Positions 59,446-64,000 of a DNA stretch of 64,000 nucleotides are shown here, one piece after another. The translations under genes were made by a program, and so were the position numbers. The notes beneath the pieces were generated by a model. The model was given only the letters and a program-made list of their open reading frames with translations, was not told the origin of the DNA and searched no databases. Origin of the DNA: Mycobacterium sp. GTDB lineage: Bacteria > Actinomycetota > Actinomycetes > Mycobacteriales > Mycobacteriaceae. Positions within the stretch are counted from its first letter, which is position 1. Every line of letters begins with the position of its first letter. The DNA is taken from assembly GCA_044370595.1 (NCBI GenBank), contig JBILVF010000001.1; one strand, written 5' to 3'.

Positions 59446-60777
59446 TCAGAAGAGGATTTGCGCCACGGTATAGATCACCAGGCCGGCCAGCGCGCCGACG
59501 ACGGTCCCGTTGATGCGGATGAATTGAAGGTCGCGACCGACATGCAACTCGATGCGTCGGCTGGCCTCCTCGGCGTCCCATCGTTCGATGGTCTCGGTGA
59601 TGATCGTGGTGGCCTCGCTGCCGTACTGGGTCACCAGATGCTGAGCTCCGCGCAGGATCCAGTCGTCGACCTTGTCGCGCAGTTCGGCGTCATCGCGCAG
59701 CGACTCCCCGATCCGGACCACCGAGTCCGCGATCCGTCCGCGCAGCGCACTCGAGGGGTCGTTGACACCGTCGAGCATCAGTCGCTTGAGGGTCTTCCAG
59801 GCAGTTTCCGCGGCGCGGGTCACCTCGTCGCGCTCCATGAGTTGTTCTTTGACCGTCTCGGCCTTGGAGATGGTGGACGGATCGTTCTGCAGGTCATTGG
59901 CGAACTCGAACAGAAAGCGGGTGGCCGACTGGCGCAACTCGTGGTTGGGGTTGCGGCGCACCTTGTCGGTGAAGTCCATCAGCTCGCGGTGAATGCGGTC
60001 CCCGACGAGATGGTCGACGAACTTCGGAGACCAACTGGGCGAATCACGCAGCACCACCCGCTCGATGGTCGGCCCGGCGTTGAGCGCCCATTCGAAGGCC
60101 CGATCGGCCAGCAGCTGGATCAGCGCCTCCTGGCGGTGCTCCACCAGTAGCTGGTTGAGCACCCGGCCGACCGGCGGACCCCATTGCGGCTCGGCGAGCC
60201 TCTTGACGATGGTGCGGTCGATGGCTTGCTGAATGTCCTCGTCGTTGAGTAGTTCCACGCCGACCCTCAGCACCGTCGCGGCCTCCTCGGCCACCCGCGC
60301 CGCATGGTCGGGCTCGGCCAGCCACTTCCCCAGCCGGCTGGCGATCTCGGCATCCCGCAGCTTGGTCTCGACCACCTCCGGGGACAGGAAGTTTTCCCGC
60401 ACGAAGGTTCCGAGCCCTTCGCCGAGCTGGTCCTTCTTGCGTTTGATGATGGCCGTGTGCGGGATTTTCAGACCCAGCGGATGCCGGAACAGAGCGGTGA
60501 CGGCGAACCAGTCGGCCAGCGCGCCGATCATGCCGGCTTCGGCGGCGGCGCCGACGTAGCCGAGCCAGCTGGGGCCCCCCTGGGACATTCCCCATCGGCA
60601 GGCCAGGAAGATGACGGTGGCGCCGATGAGGAATCCCAGCGCCACCGCTTTCATCTGACGCAGGCTGCGCGCGCGCTCGGCATCCGCCTCCGGGTCGGCG
60701 CCGACGAAGGATTCAGCAAACGAACCGCGCGCCGCGGGAGGATGCGGATGGGTTGCAAGCCGGTGTTGGGCAGCCAC
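59446..60777 (-). CDS. DUF445 membrane-anchored protein (Rv0473-like)
   Basis: ALADWFAVTALFRHPLG, GRDLQFIRINGT. Confidence 0.92.
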   Translation of the reverse strand: MAAQHRLATHPHPPAARGSFAESFVGADPEADAERARSLRQMKAVALGFLIGATVIFLACRWGMSQGGPSWLGYVGAAAEAGMIGALADWFAVTALFRHPLGLKIPHTAIIKRKKDQLGEGLGTFVRENFLSPEVVETKLRDAEIASRLGKWLAEPDHAARVAEEAATVLRVGVELLNDEDIQQAIDRTIVKRLAEPQWGPPVGRVLNQLLVEHRQEALIQLLADRAFEWALNAGPTIERVVLRDSPSWSPKFVDHLVGDRIHRELMDFTDKVRRNPNHELRQSATRFLFEFANDLQNDPSTISKAETVKEQLMERDEVTRAAETAWKTLKRLMLDGVNDPSSALRGRIADSVVRIGESLRDDAELRDKVDDWILRGAQHLVTQYGSEATTIITETIERWDAEEASRRIELHVGRDLQFIRINGTVVGALAGLVIYTVAQILF

Positions 60778-60905
60778 GTCACCATCATCCGCTATTTCGG
60801 CTCGACGGCTGTCCCCTATTCGCCAGCAGCAGAGCGCTGATTAGTGTGACCGGCCGTCACAACTTTCCGGCACATCGCCGGTAGACTCCAGCCGAGGAGA
60901 TCGGG

Positions 60906-61676
60906 ATGGAGCCGGCAAAAGTGACTCAGTCAGGACTCGGGGCACCGGAGATGGTGCACACCATCAAACCCGGCATCGCACCCAAAACCCCGAAGACAGA
61001 CGGGCGCAAACGACGCTGGCACCAGCACAAGGTGGAACGGCGAACCGAGCTGGTCGACGGCGCACTGGACGCCATCCGCCGGCAGGGACGTGATGTCAGC
61101 ATGGACGAGATCGCCACCGAGATCGGCGTGTCCAAAACCGTGCTGTATCGCTATTTCGTCGATAAGAACGATCTCACCACCGCGGTGATGATGCGCTTCG
61201 CGCAGACCACGCTGATCCCGAATATGGCTGCCGCGCTGTCGTCGAACCTGGACGGTTACGACCTCACCCGGGAGATCATCCGGGTCTACGTCGACACCGT
61301 GGCAGCCGAACCCGAGCCGTACCGCTTCGTGATGGCCAATTCCTCGGCGAGCAAGAACAAGGTGATCGCCGACTCCGAGCAGATCATCGCCCGGATGTTG
61401 GCGGTCATGCTGCGCCGCCGGATGCAGGTCGCGGGCATGGACACCCGCGGCGTGGAACCGTGGGCGTTCCTGATTGTCGGCGGTGTCCAACAAGCCACCC
61501 ACTCATGGATGTCCAACCCTCGGATGAGCACCGATGATCTGATCGACTATCTGACAATGCTGTGCTGGAGCGCGCTGTGCGGCATCGTCGAAGTGGGCGG
61601 TTCGCTGGACCGGTTTCGGTCCGATCCGCACCCTTCACCTGAGGTCCCCGCATTGCGGCCCGCAACGACGCTTTAG
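60906..61676 (+). CDS. TetR family regulator (Rv0472c-like)
   Basis: SMDEIATEIGVSKTVLYRYFVDK. Confidence 0.92.
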   Translation: MEPAKVTQSGLGAPEMVHTIKPGIAPKTPKTDGRKRRWHQHKVERRTELVDGALDAIRRQGRDVSMDEIATEIGVSKTVLYRYFVDKNDLTTAVMMRFAQTTLIPNMAAALSSNLDGYDLTREIIRVYVDTVAAEPEPYRFVMANSSASKNKVIADSEQIIARMLAVMLRRRMQVAGMDTRGVEPWAFLIVGGVQQATHSWMSNPRMSTDDLIDYLTMLCWSALCGIVEVGGSLDRFRSDPHPSPEVPALRPATTL

Positions 61677-61692
61677 TCTCTAGTCTTCGGCC

Positions 61693-62580
61693 ATGGCCGA
61701 GAAGAATTCGCGCGAGAAGTCCGCACTGCGAGAGAAATCCCTGTGGACCCACCACCCCTCGGAGGCGCTGCGTTTCCGCCCGGGGAACAAGGTCAGCGAG
61801 ATCGAAACCAACACCAGCCCTGGTTTCACCGGCAACCGCGACGACGCCGAGGCTGTCACCGCTGAGCGTGGTGAGCACTTCGCCGAGTTGCAGGAGATGC
61901 TCTACGCCAACGGCCGGGAAGGTGACCACCGCTCGGTGCTGCTCGTGCTGCAAGGCATGGACACCGCGGGCAAGGGCGGCATCGTCACCCACGTGGTCGG
62001 TGCCGGGAACCCGATGGGCATCGACTACCACAGCTTCGGCAAGCCCACCCCGGAGGAGCGCGCACACCATTTCCTCTGGCGGATCAACAAGGCACTCCCC
62101 CGGGCCGGGCACATCGGCGTGTTCGACCGCTCGCACTATGAGGACGTCCTGGTGGTCCGGGTGCACGAGTTGGTGCCGCCCGATGAACTGGAGGGGCGCT
62201 ACGACGAGATCAACACCTTTGAGTCCGAACTCGTCGAGGCGGGCACCAGCATCGTCAAGGTGGCTATGTTCGTCTCACTCGAGGAGCAGAAGGCGCGGCT
62301 CACCGAGCGCCTCCAGCGGCCGGACAAGTTCTGGAAGTACAACCCTGGAGATCTCGACGAGCGCAAGCTGTGGCCGGGCTACCAGGAGGCCTACCAGGTC
62401 ATGCTGGACCGGACAAACACCGATCACGCGCCGTGGTTCGTGCTGCCGTGCGACAAGAAGTGGTATGCCCGACTGGCGGTCACCGAACTGCTCATCGAGG
62501 CCCTGACGGCCATGGATTTGTCCTGGCCGCCAGCGGATTTCGACGTCGAACTGGAGCGAAAGCGGGTGGCTGAAGCCTGA
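61693..62580 (+). CDS. PPK2-family polyphosphate:nucleotide phosphotransferase (class III-like)
   Basis: LQGMDTAGKGG, FDRSHYEDVL, WKYNPGDLDER. Confidence 0.9.
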   Translation: MAEKNSREKSALREKSLWTHHPSEALRFRPGNKVSEIETNTSPGFTGNRDDAEAVTAERGEHFAELQEMLYANGREGDHRSVLLVLQGMDTAGKGGIVTHVVGAGNPMGIDYHSFGKPTPEERAHHFLWRINKALPRAGHIGVFDRSHYEDVLVVRVHELVPPDELEGRYDEINTFESELVEAGTSIVKVAMFVSLEEQKARLTERLQRPDKFWKYNPGDLDERKLWPGYQEAYQVMLDRTNTDHAPWFVLPCDKKWYARLAVTELLIEALTAMDLSWPPADFDVELERKRVAEA

Positions 62581-62587
62581 CCGGGGC

Positions 62588-63505
<918 letters not shown>

Positions 63506-63581
63506 TCACCCGTCCAAGCGCACCCGTTAGGGTAGCCCAACTGGCCTGACGATTGCACATTCCAAGCGGTCAGCAGGCACA

Positions 63582-64000
63582 TCAGTACGTGTAGAAGCCC
63601 TGCCCGGATTTCTTGCCCAACCGTCCGGCTTCCACCATCCGCAACAACAGGGGGGGCGGGCCGTAGTGGGGCTCTTTGAACTCATCGAACATCTTGTCGG
63701 CGATCAACTTCAAGGTGTCCAGGCCGATCAGATCGGACAGCCGCAGCGGGCCCATCGGGTGCGACAACCCGGCAACCACCGCCTTGTCGACATCCTCGAC
63801 GGTGGCCACCCCGGACTCGACCATCCGGATCGCAGACAGCAAGTAGGGCACCAGCAGGAAGTTGACCACGAACCCCGACCGGTCCGAGCAGCGGACGACC
63901 TGCTTACCCAGCACCGACTCGGCGAATTGCTCGGTTCGGGCCGCGGCCTGTGGGCTGGTGGCCAACGTGGTGACCAGTTCAACCAGCGGCAGCACCGGCA
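63582..64000 (-). CDS. fadB2: 3-hydroxybutyryl-CoA dehydrogenase, 5' end outside window
   Basis: DRSGFVVNFLLVPY, HPMGPLRLSDLIGLD, GKKSGQGFY. Confidence 0.92.
   Translation of the reverse strand, partial: PVLPLVELVTTLATSPQAAARTEQFAESVLGKQVVRCSDRSGFVVNFLLVPYLLSAIRMVESGVATVEDVDKAVVAGLSHPMGPLRLSDLIGLDTLKLIADKMFDEFKEPHYGPPPLLLRMVEAGRLGKKSGQGFYTY

Noticed and set aside
60845-60861. TGTGA-N7-TCACA as a CRP site
   Set aside because: CRP needs N6; it may be a TetR operator but this is unsupported
63527-63545. TTAGGGTAGCCCAACTGGC as an IdeR box upstream of umaA
   Set aside because: Right half-site is poor (about 6 mismatches overall)

Overview
High-GC chromosomal segment from a non-tuberculous Mycobacteriaceae genome, syntenic (in reverse) with M. 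tuberculosis Rv0546c to Rv0468. The core backbone carries men genes, cytochrome c maturation, hem genes, proC, ppx, senX3-regX3, gpmA, mshA, murB, hbhA, umaA and fadB2. Two accessory blocks interrupt it. Block 1 (about 4-14 kb, between menE and mtaP) has an OmpR-type two-component pair, a phosphate-starvation module (ppk2, orphan pstS, phoU, olsBA-like acyltransferases) marked by 11-bp-period GTTCAC PHO-like boxes, and an amidohydrolase coupled to a COG0523 metallochaperone. Block 2 (about 22.6-30.4 kb, inside the hem cluster) has an IdeR-boxed feoA-feoB-NifU-like operon, a decayed serine hydrolase, a TetR/DUF2236 pair and a Cu+ P1B-ATPase with a CsoR/RicR-type operator. I found no rRNA, tRNA, CRISPR array or transposase. 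Orthology calls rest on recalled sequence motifs and synteny, not database searches. Many start codons were adjusted from the ORF track by hand.
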